Source: Heterodontus francisci
Taxonomy: Eukaryota
Reading direction: 5' to 3'
DNA length: 64,000 bases
Assembly: GCF_036365525.1 (NCBI RefSeq)
Contig: NC_090399.1
Coordinates: 22,082,529-22,146,528 of the forward strand
The notes below the pieces were generated by a model. The model ran no database searches and was not told the DNA's origin. It saw only the letters and a program-made list of their open reading frames with translations. Positions within the stretch are counted from its first letter, which is position 1. Every line of letters begins with the position of its first letter. The position numbers and the translations under genes are program-made. Positions 48,447 through 59,989 of the stretch are shown piece after piece.

Positions 48447-50780
48447 ATTTCTTATCCATAGCTGTTACGTAAGTTTCAAAATTCACTTGAAAAAGCCCTT
48501 CAAAACACAGGGGATGCAGAGACCAAATGAGCCCACATCAGAGATGCCATTTATGAGTCAGCAATGACCGCCTTTGGCAAATGTGAGAAGCAGAGTGCAG
48601 ACTGGTTTCAATCTCACTTTGTCATAGCCATTAAGCACACTGCACTGTTGAACTACAAGAAAGCCCCCAGCGAGCTAACATCCTTCACACTTAAAGTAGC
48701 CAGGAGCACTGCAAAAAGAACAGTTAGGCACTGTGCAAATGACTGCTGGCAACACCTATGCAATCGTATTCAGCTGGCCTCTGACACCGGGAACATCAGA
48801 TGATGGCATTAAGAGAGCTTTTGGGCCAACCATCAGGAAGATTGCACCCCTCAAATCTAAATCAGGGGACACAATCGCTGACCAACGCAAGCAAATGGAC
48901 CGCTGGGTGGAGCACTGTACCTAGAATTGTACTCCAAGGAGAATGTTGTCACTGAGACCGCCCTCAATGCAGCCCAGTCTCTGCCAGTCATGGATGAGCT
49001 GGATGAAAAGCCAACAAAATCGGAACTCAGTGATGATATTGATTCTCTAGCCAGTTCAAAAGCCCCTGGTAAGGACGACATTACTCCTGAAATAATCAAG
49101 AGTGCCAAGCCTGCTATACTCTCAGCACTCCATGACCTGCTTTGCCTGTGCTGGGATGAGGGAGCAGTACCCCAGGACATGCGCGATGCCAATATCATCA
49201 CCCTCAAGAAGAACAAGGGTGACCGCGGTGACTGCAACAACTACCGTGGAATCTCCCTGCTCAGTATAGTGGGGAAAGTCTTTGCTTGATTCGTTTTAAA
49301 CAGACTCCAGAAGCTGGCTGAGCGTGTCTACCCTGAGGCACAGTACGGCTTTCGAGTCGAGAGATCCACCATTGACATGCTGTTCTCCCTTCGCCAGCTA
49401 CAGCAGAAATGCCGTGAACAACAGATGCCCCTCTACATTGCTTTCATTGATCTCACCAAAGCCTTTGACCTCGTCAGCAGACGTGGTCTCTTCAGACTAT
49501 TAGCAAAGATCAAAGCTACTAAGTATCATCACCTCATTCCATAACAATAAGAAAGACACAATTCAGCATAATGGTGCCTCATCAGACCCCTTTCCTATCC
49601 TGAGTGGCGTGAAACAGGGCTGTGTTCTTGCACCTACACTGTTGGGGATCTTCTTCTCCCTGCTGCGCTCACAGGCTTTCAAGTTTTCAGAAGAAAGAAT
49701 TTTCCTCCACACAAGATCAGGTGGCAGGTTGTTCATCCTTGGCCGTCTTAGAGCGAAGACCAAAGTACAGAAAGTCCTGATCTGGAAACTCCTCTTTGCT
49801 GATGATGCTGCATTAGCACCCCCCATAGAAGAGTGTGTGCAGGATTGCAGTTGCCTGCAACGAATTTGGCCTAACCATCAGCCTCAAGAAAATGAACATC
49901 ATGGGACAGGAAATCAGGAATGCTCCATCCATCAAAATTGGCGACCACGCTCTGGAAGTGGTTCAAGAGTTCACCTACCTAGGCTCAACTATCACCAGGA
50001 ACCTGTCTCTCGATGCAGAAATCAACAAGCGCATAGGAAAGGCATCCGCTGCTATGTCCAGACTGGCCAAGATGGTGTGGCAAAATGGCGCACTGACTTG
50101 GAACACAAAAGTCTGAGTGTTTCAAGCTTGTGTCCTCAGTACCTTGCTCTACTGCAGCGAGGTCTGGACAACGTATGTCAGCCAAGAGCGACGTCTCAAC
50201 TCATTCCATCCTCACTGCCTCTGGAGAATCCTTGGCATCAGATGACAGGACCGTATTTACAACACAGAAGTTCTCGAGGCGGCCAACATCCCAAGCATAT
50301 ACACCCTACTGAGCCAGCAGCACTTGAGATGGCTTGGCCATGTGAGCCGCATGGAAGAACGCAGGATCCCCAAGGACGCATGGTACAGTGAGCTCGTCAG
50401 TGGTATCAGACCCAACGGCCGTCCATGTCTCCGCTTTAAAGATGTCTGCAAACGCGACATGAAGTCCTGTGACATTGATCACAAGTCGTGGGAGCCAGTT
50501 GCCAGTGATTGCCAGAGCTGGCGGACAGCCATAAAGACGGGGCTAAAGAGTGGCGAGTCGAAGAGACTTAACAGTTGGCAGAAAAAAAGACAGAAGTGCA
50601 AGGAGAGAGCCAACTGTTCGAGACAGCCCCGACAACCAATTTTATCTGCAGCACCTGTGGAAGAGTCTGTCACTCTAGAATTGGCCTTTATAGCCACTCC
50701 AGGCGCTGCTTCACAAACCACTGACCACCTCCAGGCGCTTACCCATTGTCTCTCGAGACAAGGAGGCCAAAGAAGAAGAA
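48447..50780 (+). mobile_element. RTE LINE, 5'-truncated, decayed (same family as 2521-4916)
   Basis: Collinear with the 2521-4916 copy but broken by stops and frameshifts; retains LLFADD and the 3' end ccattgtctctcgagacaaggaggccaaagaagaag. Confidence 0.95.
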
Positions 50781-50945
50781 AAGCTGATCGCTACCACTAA
50801 AATGCTGTCACACTGAAACCCCTGACGCCTGCCCAGCTTATTCCCGAAAACTAAGTCCAGAACTGCCCCTGTTCTTGTTGGGTTTGCGATCTACTGGTAA
50901 AAAAGTTCCCCTGAATTTATTTTAAGAATTCGGCATCATCTATAC

Positions 50946-51872
50946 CAGGGTTGTCCCGCCAAAGTTTTCCATCTGGCCTGTGGATGTAAACTGTACCGGA
51001 CTGTTCCTCCCCCTCTCCAGAGTTCCGTGACTGGAGATGTGAAACTTTCCATTGGCTTCTTCTTTCAGACCGGCTTTTAAAAAAAAATTGTGCAGTCAGT
51101 TTCTAACTAAGAGTGCAATTTTTAATAAACTGACCAACCACAAAGCTGCCCTGCTGAGCGTTCCCGGGAGAGAGAGAGAGAGAGGGAAGAACAGAACGTG
51201 AAAAAGAGATGGAACAGAGAGAGAGTGAGGGGGAACAGAGAGGGGGCAGAGAGCAAGGGAGCAAAGAAAGAGAGGGGGTAACAGAGAGAGATAGAAAGGG
51301 GGTAGAAAGGGAGGGTAAAGAGGGGGAGCAGACAGAGAAAGGGGGCAGAGAGTGAGGGGCAGAGAGAGAGAGAGGGGGGACAGAGAGAGGGGGAGCAGAG
51401 AGGGAGCGGGGCAGAGAGAGAGAGCAGAGAGAGGGGCAGAGAGAGAGGGGTACAGAGTGAGGTGGGGGAACAACAAAGGGAAGGAGAGAAAAACAGGGAG
51501 AGAGAAAGAGAAAGACAGAGAGGGAAAAAGAGACAGAGATAGAGTGATCAAGAGCATGCCTGATAGATGGACATCTATCCGGAATACTCCACAACACTAC
51601 AATAAGTGTGTGGACAAACATTAACTACTTGAGCAAGAAAAAAAATGCCAGGTATCTCACTAAATCAGTGTCCAACATAGTGACGAGAAAGTAAGTTAAT
51701 AAATTAGTCTTTGCATTTAAAGCTTCTTTGCAAAAATGCACATCTGTTGTTGTTTTGATTAATAGTAAGATCAATTTTTAGTGCCTTTATCTTTCTGAAA
51801 TTGTCTCACCGGCCCCCTATGTAAGACAAAACTTGTAATGTGGCTCCCATGCAAAAAGGTCGGACACCCCTG
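50946..51872. mobile_element. Non-autonomous hAT (Charlie-like) DNA transposon inserted in a CR1 remnant
   Basis: Ends CAGGGTTGTCC...GGACACCCCTG; 8-bp TSD atctatac/ctctatac; minus-strand CR1 endonuclease remnants on both sides (about 50790-50945 and 51880-52230). Confidence 0.75.
51168..51545 (+). repeat. GA-rich low-complexity tract
   Basis: (GA)n and GGGGCAGAGA-type repeats; explains the spurious ORFs at 51096-51624. Confidence 0.9.
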
Positions 51873-52881
51873 CTCTATACCATTTACACTGAATTTTTCC
51901 CAGTAATATTAGGCTAGTTGTCATCTCCTACTTACTGCTGTATTCTTTTTGCACTTCTCAGCAATTTGTCGACATGTTTGCTCTTCTGTCTCCCTCTGAC
52001 TGGGGAGTTCTATTGTATATTCCCGACAGTGTGTGAGTGCCTTTTTTATTTTTCCTCAGTTCAACCCATTTGACCTCATTTGATGGTCCTTTGAGCATAG
52101 AATCCCTTCTTACAGCTGTGATTATCTCTTTAACCGATATTGTGGACGCTCCCCTCCTTTTTTATCCCCCTCTGTAACCCATCTGAAAACCCGATCACCA
52201 GGAATGTTGAGCTGCAATTTTTGCCCTTCAAGACATTCCGCTCTCCTGTATTTTAATGGAACCATAAAGATAAATCAAGGTAAGGTAGCTGTTTCGAGCT
52301 GATCCTTCTATAGAAAGCCACCATCCCCATTATAGGATCTAACTGCCGCTCGAATGACTCAAGGTTTTTCCTCCATGACCCCAACGCCAAGACACAGTTC
52401 AATCACTCTCTGTTTGAAGAAACGCTTCCTGACATCAGGCCTGAACTTACCTTTTATCAGTTTGTACCTACACCCATTGCCCTCAGTTAAAATGAGTGAG
52501 TCAATAACTAGATTAAAGTTATTGACAGAGGAATATATTAGTATTGCAACTTCAATCCAGTGATCTGACCAGAAATAGCGACATGATTTTTTTGAAGAAG
52601 TTACCACAAGGTCCGCCCTTAAAATTTTCCATCCAGCTCAGTGGGGTATAAGGAGTGATTCATACTAAAAATGTTTCTGCCAAGTATTAAATATGAAACA
52701 TTCTGGAAAATAAGTGAAAAACTCAAAGCATTTTTGTGGTGGAGTGGACAAGCCTCACACTGCTCAGAAAATAAATCCCCTATGTAATGTAGACTTCTGC
52801 AACTGGCACTGGTCCAGTGAGTACATGGTGAATGAAACATTTCTCAATTGAACATAACTAATTCACACCATGGGGAAGTAC

Positions 52882-53252
52882 CTACCCATTCCCTGTCCGT
52901 TGTTAGGAGGACTGTTAACACTAACCTGGCCATTAGTGTTTCCATTGAGAGGCTAATGGATAATTCATAAACCCCACTGTCATTAAGCTGCAAATCTTTC
53001 AGTAGCAATAAAGAATTCCCTGGAAAAAGAACAGCTTGCTATTTGTCATGCTCAGGAACGGACTGGTGTTAACTGCATTCAGCGAGGTTGTTGTCTCTCC
53101 CCATCTATATTCCACAATTCTAGTCCCGGCTCTGATGCATTTGATCCGAAAGTAACCGCTTGAGTCTGAGACTGTGTAAGAGGTGGGTAGGAGCACAGAC
53201 TGAGCAACAGTTCTATTCAGACTGTCCTGGTTCACTCCCAGTGTTTCAGCAG
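52882..53252 (-). pseudogene. Decayed V-set Ig exon (CEACAM/HEPACAM/CD2-like)
   Basis: Acceptor tctatctgtag| (phase 1). Reads LNRTVAQSVLLPTSY..YFRIKC..RIVEY, then after a frameshift (TAA and TAG in the second frame) AVLFPGNSLLLLKDLQLNDSGVYELSI..LVLTV. Donor GTAGGT or GTACTT at about 52886/52882. Confidence 0.8.
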
Positions 53253-53559
53253 CTACAGATAGAGATAATAATTGTTTTAATATTAAACTTAATATATAAG
53301 TTAAAACATTATTTAAATCATACAGTATAACTAATATAAATAACTATTCACCATATCTTATAGATATTCAACATGACATAGTGGTCTTAGATTCATTACA
53401 AAACTGGGAAGATTCTGCTCTACTGCAGGAACTAAGTAATGGCTACATTTCACTAATGCTTGTGGAAAAGTAACTAGCATAATATTTTCATCACAATTAC
53501 ACACCAGCAGGTGAAAACCTTGTCAATGTTGGGAGCACTGCTAATTTTGATATATATTA

Positions 53560-55240
53560 TTGACATGAACTTGTGTACATGGGGCATAATTTCAAAGTTT
53601 GCAGATGATACAAAGTTCAGAAATGTAGTAAAGAGTGAGGAGGATAATAGCAGAACTCGGGAGGACATAGGCTGGAGAAATGGGTAGACACATGCCGATA
53701 AAAATTAATGCAAAGAAGTGTGAAGTATTTCATTTTGGTAGGAAGAATGATGTAAGGTAACATAAACTAAATGGTACAATTTGAACAGGGTGCAGGAACA
53801 GAAACCTCGGGGTGTAAGTACACAAGTCTTTGAAGGTGGCAGAACAAGTTGAAAAGGTTGTTAAAGAGGCATATAGGATCTTTGGCTTTGTTAATAGAGG
53901 TATCGAGTACGACAGCAAGGAAGTTACATAACACTGGTTTGGCCCAAGGTGGAATATTACAAACATACCAACATACATACGAATTAGGAGCTGGAGTAGG
54001 CCACTCGGCTCTTCGAGCCTGCTCCGCCATTCAATAAGATCATGGCGTCTCTGATTGTAACCTCAACTCCACATTCCCGCCTACCCCCAATAACCTTTTA
54101 CTGCCTTGCTTATCAAGAATCTATCTACTTCTGCCTTAAAAATATTCAAAGACTCTGCTTCCACCACCTTTTGAGGAAGAGAGTTCCAAAGACTCAAGAC
54201 CCTCTGAGAGAAAAGAATGCTCCTCATCTTTGTAATAAATGGGCGACCCTTTATTTTTAAACAGTGACCCCCTAGTTCTAGATTCTCCCACAAGAGGAAA
54301 CATCCTTTCCACATCTACCCTGTTAAAACCCGTCAGGATCTTATATATTTCAATCAAGTCACCTCTTACTCTTCTAAACTCCAGCGGATACAAGCCAAAC
54401 CTATTCCAACCTTTCCTCATAAGACAACCCACCCATTCCAATTATTAGTCTAGTAAACCTTCTCTGAACTGCTTCCAACGCATTTACATCCTTCCTTAAA
54501 TAAGGAGACGAGTACTGCACACAGTACTCCAGATGTGGTCTCACCAATGCCCTGAGTAGCTGAAGCATAACCTCCCTACTTTTATTTTCAATTCCCCTCG
54601 CAATAAATGGTAACATTCTATTAGCTTTCCTAAGTACTTGCTGTACCTGCATACTAACCTTTTGTGATTTATGCACGAGGACACCCAGATCCCTATGCCT
54701 CTCAAGCTCTGAAATCTATCATCATTTAAATAATGCCCATTTCTGGGCACCGCATGTTAGTAAGGATGCCAAAGCCTTAGAGAGGGTGCAGAGGAAATTT
54801 ACTGGAATGGTAATTGGGATAAAAGACATCAGTTATGTCGAGAGACTAGAGAAACTGGGCTTACAGCAGAGAAGGTTGAAGGTGACAATATTGATATTGC
54901 TGGTTCCTTTAATTAAACCGGACTCATTTCAGTGTTAATAGATTGGAGAAACTGGGATTACTACAAAAAAGGTTAAAGGGAGATTCAACAGAGCCATCCA
55001 AAATCTCATAGGGCTTTGATATATAAGGAGAAATTGTTTCCAGTGGCAGAATGGTTGGTAACCAAACAACAAATGCAGATTAATTGGTAGAAGAACTAAA
55101 AGCAACTTGAGGAAAAGTAAAATTTATGTGGCAAGTTGTTCTGATCTGAAATGCATTGCCTAAATGAGTGTTGGAAAAAGATTCAATAATAACTTTCAAA
55201 AGGGAATTGGATATATGCTTGAAAAGGAGAGATTTGCAGA
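53560..55240. mobile_element. CR1 fragments: + strand (about 53560-53950 and 54740-55240) with a nested - strand 3' fragment (about 53960-54740)
   Basis: aagtttgcagatgatacaaag (KFADD); minus ORFs read [12 protein letters not shown] and RGDLIEIYKIL. Confidence 0.8.
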
Positions 55241-55292
55241 GCTATTTATTGGTGCATCATTTGTTGTATCGTTCTATGATTCAATGTCAAAC

Positions 55293-55765
55293 AGGGGAGG
55301 GGGGAGAGGGGAGGAGAGGGGGGGAAGAGGGGGGGAGGAGAGGAGAGGGAGGAGGAGAGGGGAGGGGCGGCGAGGGGAGGAGAGGGGGGAAGTGGGGAAA
55401 GAGGGGTGGAGGAGAGGAGAGGGAGGAGGAGAGGGGAGGAGAGGGGGAGAGAGGGGGAGGGGAGGAGAGGGGAGGGGCAGAGAGGGGAGGAGAGGAGGGA
55501 GGGGGGGAAGAGGCGGGAGAGGGGGGAGAGGGGAGGAGAAGGGGGAGAGGGGGAGGGGGAGGAGAAGGGGGAGAGGGGGGAGGGGGAGGAGAAGTGGGGA
55601 GAGGAGGGAGGAGAGGGGGGAGGAGGGGGGGAGGAGGGGGGAGGAGGGGGGAGGAGAGGGGGGAAGGAGAGGGGGAGGGGAGGGGAGGGGGAGCAGCGGG
55701 GGGGAGGAGAGTGGGGAGGGGGAGCAGCAGGGGGGGGGAGCAGCGGTGGGGGGGAGCAGCGGAGG
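55293..55765 (+). repeat. G/A-rich polypurine tract (G4/triplex potential)
   Basis: About 470 bp, almost only G and A, with many G-runs of 3 or more. Confidence 0.9.
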
Positions 55766-56009
55766 AGTGCGTTTTTCTGTGCATGCGCCATAAACACAGC
55801 AGCAAAAGACTCACCAGCCGGTCCCCGCACCCGGTGACACCAAGGTCTTTGGGCCGCTCGCTCCCCACGGCTCTCTCCGGCCTCTCGCTTCTGGCCCTCT
55901 CCATCCAGCCGTTCCCTCCAGCTGCGGATCCCCAATCCAGTTGCTTTCTCCCCTACTTCTCAACAGTACTTCAGGCATTGCAACTGTCTGGTCCCTGCCC
56001 TTTTGCATG

Positions 56010-56358
56010 CTCCCTCTCCCCACCTCTCCCCCCCTCTTCCTCTTCCCCCACCCCTCCCCCCCTCTCCCTCTTCACCCACCCCTCCCCCCTCTCCCTCTTC
56101 ACCCACCCCTCCCTCCCCCTCTTCACCCAGCTCTCCCTCTTCACCACCCCTCCCTCCCCCTCTTCACCCACCCCTCCCTCTCCCCCCTTCACCCCCCCCT
56201 CCACCCCCCGACCTCCACCCCTCCCTCTACCCCCCGACCTCCACTCCTCCCTCTACCCCACCTCTAACCCCCTACCTCCACCCCTCCCTCTCCCCCGTTC
56301 TACCCCCCTACCTCCACCCCTCCCTCTACCCCCTACCTCCACCCCCCTACCTCCACCA
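56010..56358 (+). repeat. C-rich low-complexity tract
   Basis: Units such as cttcacccacccctccccc and cctacctccacccctccctcta. Confidence 0.9.
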
Positions 56359-57230
56359 CAGTTGAATGTCTGAAGAGCAGTTGCAAAGTCGGGGAAATAG
56401 CATCCGAAACAAAACCTCAACAATTCTGGGTTTAATTATTGAAAAGTTTTATTAAGTTCATTAAGTATCCGAGGAACTACTGTGCGTGGATACATGAGTG
56501 TTGTGTCCAGCATTCCCGTGAGACAGACAGGCCGAGTCTCTGCTATGCACAGCTAAAGAGATTGTTCCTGGAGAGCTTTGTGGTGAATGACCGCGTGGCT
56601 CTCTATTCCACTACTGTATTGTCCATGTGAAGAAGGGAAAGTCACAAGAGTCTGAGCTCAGTCTATTCTTGGTGAATGTTCCCCAAGCGCATCCCAATGT
56701 GCATTCCCAATTCATCCATAAATGCAATGTTCCTTTCCACTTCGTGACAAGCTCCGCAGCATGATCCAGTTGCCGTCATTGCTTGAATGCTGACCTTAAG
56801 TCTCAAGGATTGTTTTCTCGACGGCATGTTTTACATGAAAAGAAATAAGGAAAGAACATCAGTGTCAGAGCTTCCCTCCCTCCAATGAAATTACTGTTGA
56901 GCATGCTTTATATTCTGCAGCATAGGCATGTACTGATAACACCGCCAATGAATCACTTAGTACCCACCTCAGCTGTAGGAGTCAGGATGATGTAACTGCC
57001 CCTTTCTCGTGATGGTTCAATGCTGCTCTCAGGGAAAACATGAATGATGTGAGGGTGCTGGAAAAAGAAGCACATTTCTTTTGGACTATGAACATAAAGC
57101 AGGCCATTTAGCCCAGCTGTTCCCTGCTAGTGGTTATGCTACTCCTGCGCCTTCCCATCTGCTCCCATTTAATCCTGCCTAGTACTATCAGCATCACCTT
57201 CCATTTCTTTCACTCTTACCTACCTTTGCC

Positions 57231-58631
57231 TTAAAGCAACATTGAGGATGGAGAACGGTGTGGCTGCACTCCCACCTCACCAGTTGTGTACGCAGCAAGA
57301 GCATTCACATTTCTGCTACCACTGGACACGGCATGCTTGTTTCTTTTAGTGCTCAGTCTCTTCTTGCTGAATGTTCCCCAAGTGCTTGACCCCTTTGGAC
57401 GCCCTCTCTGCTTGACAGGCAGCAGCTGGCAATTGCTGAGTCTCACAAGGCTTTGCATGGTTGTTTCAAGGGCGGATGGGGAAACAGGTGGCAGTGTGTC
57501 CATGTGCACTGCTCTGATGGGTGCAGGAACAGGTGGCAGTGTGTCCATGTGCACTGCTCTGATGTGTGCAGGAACAGGTGGCAGTGTGTCCATGTGCACT
57601 GCTCTGATGGGTGCGGATTGGGTGCAGCTGGGAGATGCTTCCTGATCGCTTTGATCTCATTGATGTCTTTATCCACAATGGCTGATCTCACGCGGCAGGC
57701 GCTGGAGCCCATGAAATCGACAGAAACACCCACAATCTCTTCCAGCATCTGAGCCGTCTCATTCGTCACCATGGCATAGAACACAGCCCTGCCCCTACCA
57801 ACATTGTCCTGCACCATCACCTGGTACAGAGAGTAGCCGCATTTGTTCACTTTGCACGTTCCGTCCACGAACAGCAGTTCAGGAAAGGCCTGCATGTGGG
57901 TCTTCATGGCTGGTGTCATGAGGCAATATAGAGGATGTTGCTTCCCTGCAGGCCAACCCGCACTGCAGCCCCGTCCTGCTGAATCTTCTGCAGCGTATCA
58001 CACAGCGTATCCATGCTGTCATCCCCTGTTTTGAACCGGGATTTTACATTTCTAATGTCACTAGTCACGGTCTTATTGAAGGAACGCTCAATATAATCCT
58101 TCAGCTGTTTGTTCCCAGCCTGCAGCTTGACCAACTCTTCTACCTTCTGCCTTTCATCGTGGTTCAGTTGTCGTCTCCTTGCATAGAAGCGTAAACATTC
58201 TGGATGCAAAACATGACCGGTATGTACAAGATGGTAGGAGCTGACACACAGTTTGTTCTTGCTCGTATTGAATTTCACACTGATGAAGACCTCACAGCCC
58301 AGGGCGAGATACCTGAAAAGTTACACAGACATTCAATGAGCACGCCCCAAGTTCCTCGTGCCCTCACCAAAATGTCAGCCCTCTCCAGGTGTGTTGTTGG
58401 CAGCAGTTTACATGTGCACCATGACAAGGTCCCAAAATCTGGTGCGCACCTGTTTTGCAGTGCAGAGGAGGTTGCACAGAGGTGGTCGACCAGCCATTGC
58501 TCCATCCAGGAAATCACAACAAAGGCAGTCCGTAGACATGGGGGCGGTAAGCGCGTGGCTTTGTGGGCACAGAATCTCACTGACGAGATGTATTGATACT
58601 GCAAATCTAATCTTGGTTCGATGCGCATCAA
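57231..58631 (-). pseudogene. MULE/Mutator-type transposase relic (ZSWIM1/3-like N-terminus plus partial MULE domain), internally deleted and frameshifted
   Basis: HTGH..YARRRQL..DIRNVK; FPELLFVDGTCKVNKCGYSLYQVMVQDNVGRGRAVFYA..ET..AIVDKDINEIKAIRKHLP; then jumps to a C-terminal KQRGRPKGS (AT-hook-like). Confidence 0.8.
57481..57615. repeat. Tandem repeat, 3 x 45 bp
   Basis: g(a/g)aacaggtggcagtgtgtccatgtgcactgctctgatg(g/t)gtgc(a/g) at 57481, 57526 and 57571. Confidence 0.95.
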
Positions 58632-59039
58632 GGAACAGCTTTACAGGACTGACACGCTACACAAGTGGAAATGTAGTGACCGCAGCACCTACCTCTGATT
58701 CGGTCTCACCCCAGTAGAACGGATGTGTGGCTGCCCATACTGTACACAGCATAGCCTCACCGAAATGTTTTCAGAGCAACTTACAACAGGGACTGGAGCA
58801 CATGTACTGCCTGCACACAGTCCCAGACAAAGGAAAAGATTTTAGTGCAGTGCAGTGGACTGGAGCACATGCAGTGCCCCAGACAATGGAAATGTTTTCA
58901 GAGCAACTTACAACAGCAGAGCAACTTACCTTGGAGCTATCTCCTCTGTCTAATAAAAATGAAGCAGACTGAAATCTCCAAAACGGCTAAATAATTGCAA
59001 TAAAATGCGAGAAAATGCCCGACGAAACCTCTCCTCCTT

Positions 59040-59290
59040 CCACTTTCAGAAACTCGCGCCGAAGCTTTTACGCATGCGTGAATATCGGAAGATTGACACA
59101 TCCGTGAATACCCGTTGGCATTGCATAAAGCGCATGCGCAGAGGCTGACCAGGCGTGTTGCCCGAGGGAGTCCACGTAACGAGATGACGTCATTGGCGCA
59201 TGCGCTAACCAGTCCTGGCAAGCCGGAACGCAGCGCATGCGCAGACAGCAGGAGACCGTCAGTGGGGAGCTGCGTTGTCAGGAATCACTT
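59040..59290. promoter_or_regulatory. CpG-rich promoter-like segment with NRF1, CRE and ETS motifs
   Basis: GCGCATGCGC at 59130, 59196 and 59233; ACGCATGCGT at 59070; ATGACGTCAT at 59184; CCGGAA at 59223. Confidence 0.6.
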
Positions 59291-59989
59291 TGTAGAAATA
59301 TTTGGTGACCTGGAAGAAATGTCACGTCTCTGAAGCTGGAAGCAAACAGCCGAGGGCAAAAACTGCAGGTCAAGGAGGAGGAACCTCCGAGTACAGTTTT
59401 CATCTGCAGGCCGGTGGACCATATGTTGGACAATCCTATAACATTAGTTCCACTGAACTTAAACCGCCAATGATTATCCCAGATATAATTCTTCCAATAA
59501 ATGTTAACACAATTCCTGTATTAATTTTAACAAACTGTTATTGATCAGCAGCAAAGAGATTACAAGTGAAAAATAGCCACCAAATACTCAAAGTCCCATT
59601 TCCTTTAAGTTACGGTTTGTTACAGATTCTGTTTGACTGTTTCCAGTTGAGTTTATCAGAAGGAATGTCAGCCACTGTCACTGTAGAAACACCAGCAGAA
59701 ATACAATTCAAGTCTCTCGTCAGGGAAACTGATGAGGTCCACTTGCAACAAATCAAAATGAAAACCTTTACTTACAAATAGGCCTTGTTTAATCTTTAGT
59801 GAACCTTACAACCAAACCAATAGCATCATGATATTGTTTACTGTTATCTGAAAAGTACCCTTCAAACTTAATTTTTGCCTTATGCCACAGGTTTCCAAAC
59901 TCTGGTCCAGGTATCTGACGGGAGAGTTACTAAAGGGATTTTCCGATCTTCTGCTTAATTTCAGTGGAAGATAGGCTGACATATGGGAA

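Noticed and set aside
51096-51624. Leu/Ser/Pro-rich and Arg/Glu-rich ORFs
   Set aside because: They are translations of the GA microsatellite-like tract.
55164-56373. Long Gly/Glu/Arg- and Pro/Ser-rich ORFs (up to 401 aa) on both strands
   Set aside because: They arise from stop-poor G-rich and C-rich low-complexity tracts; several frames are open at once and no domain is recognisable.
57481-57615. Repeat array resembling CRISPR
   Set aside because: Head-to-tail 45-bp units with no spacers, in a eukaryotic context with no cas genes.
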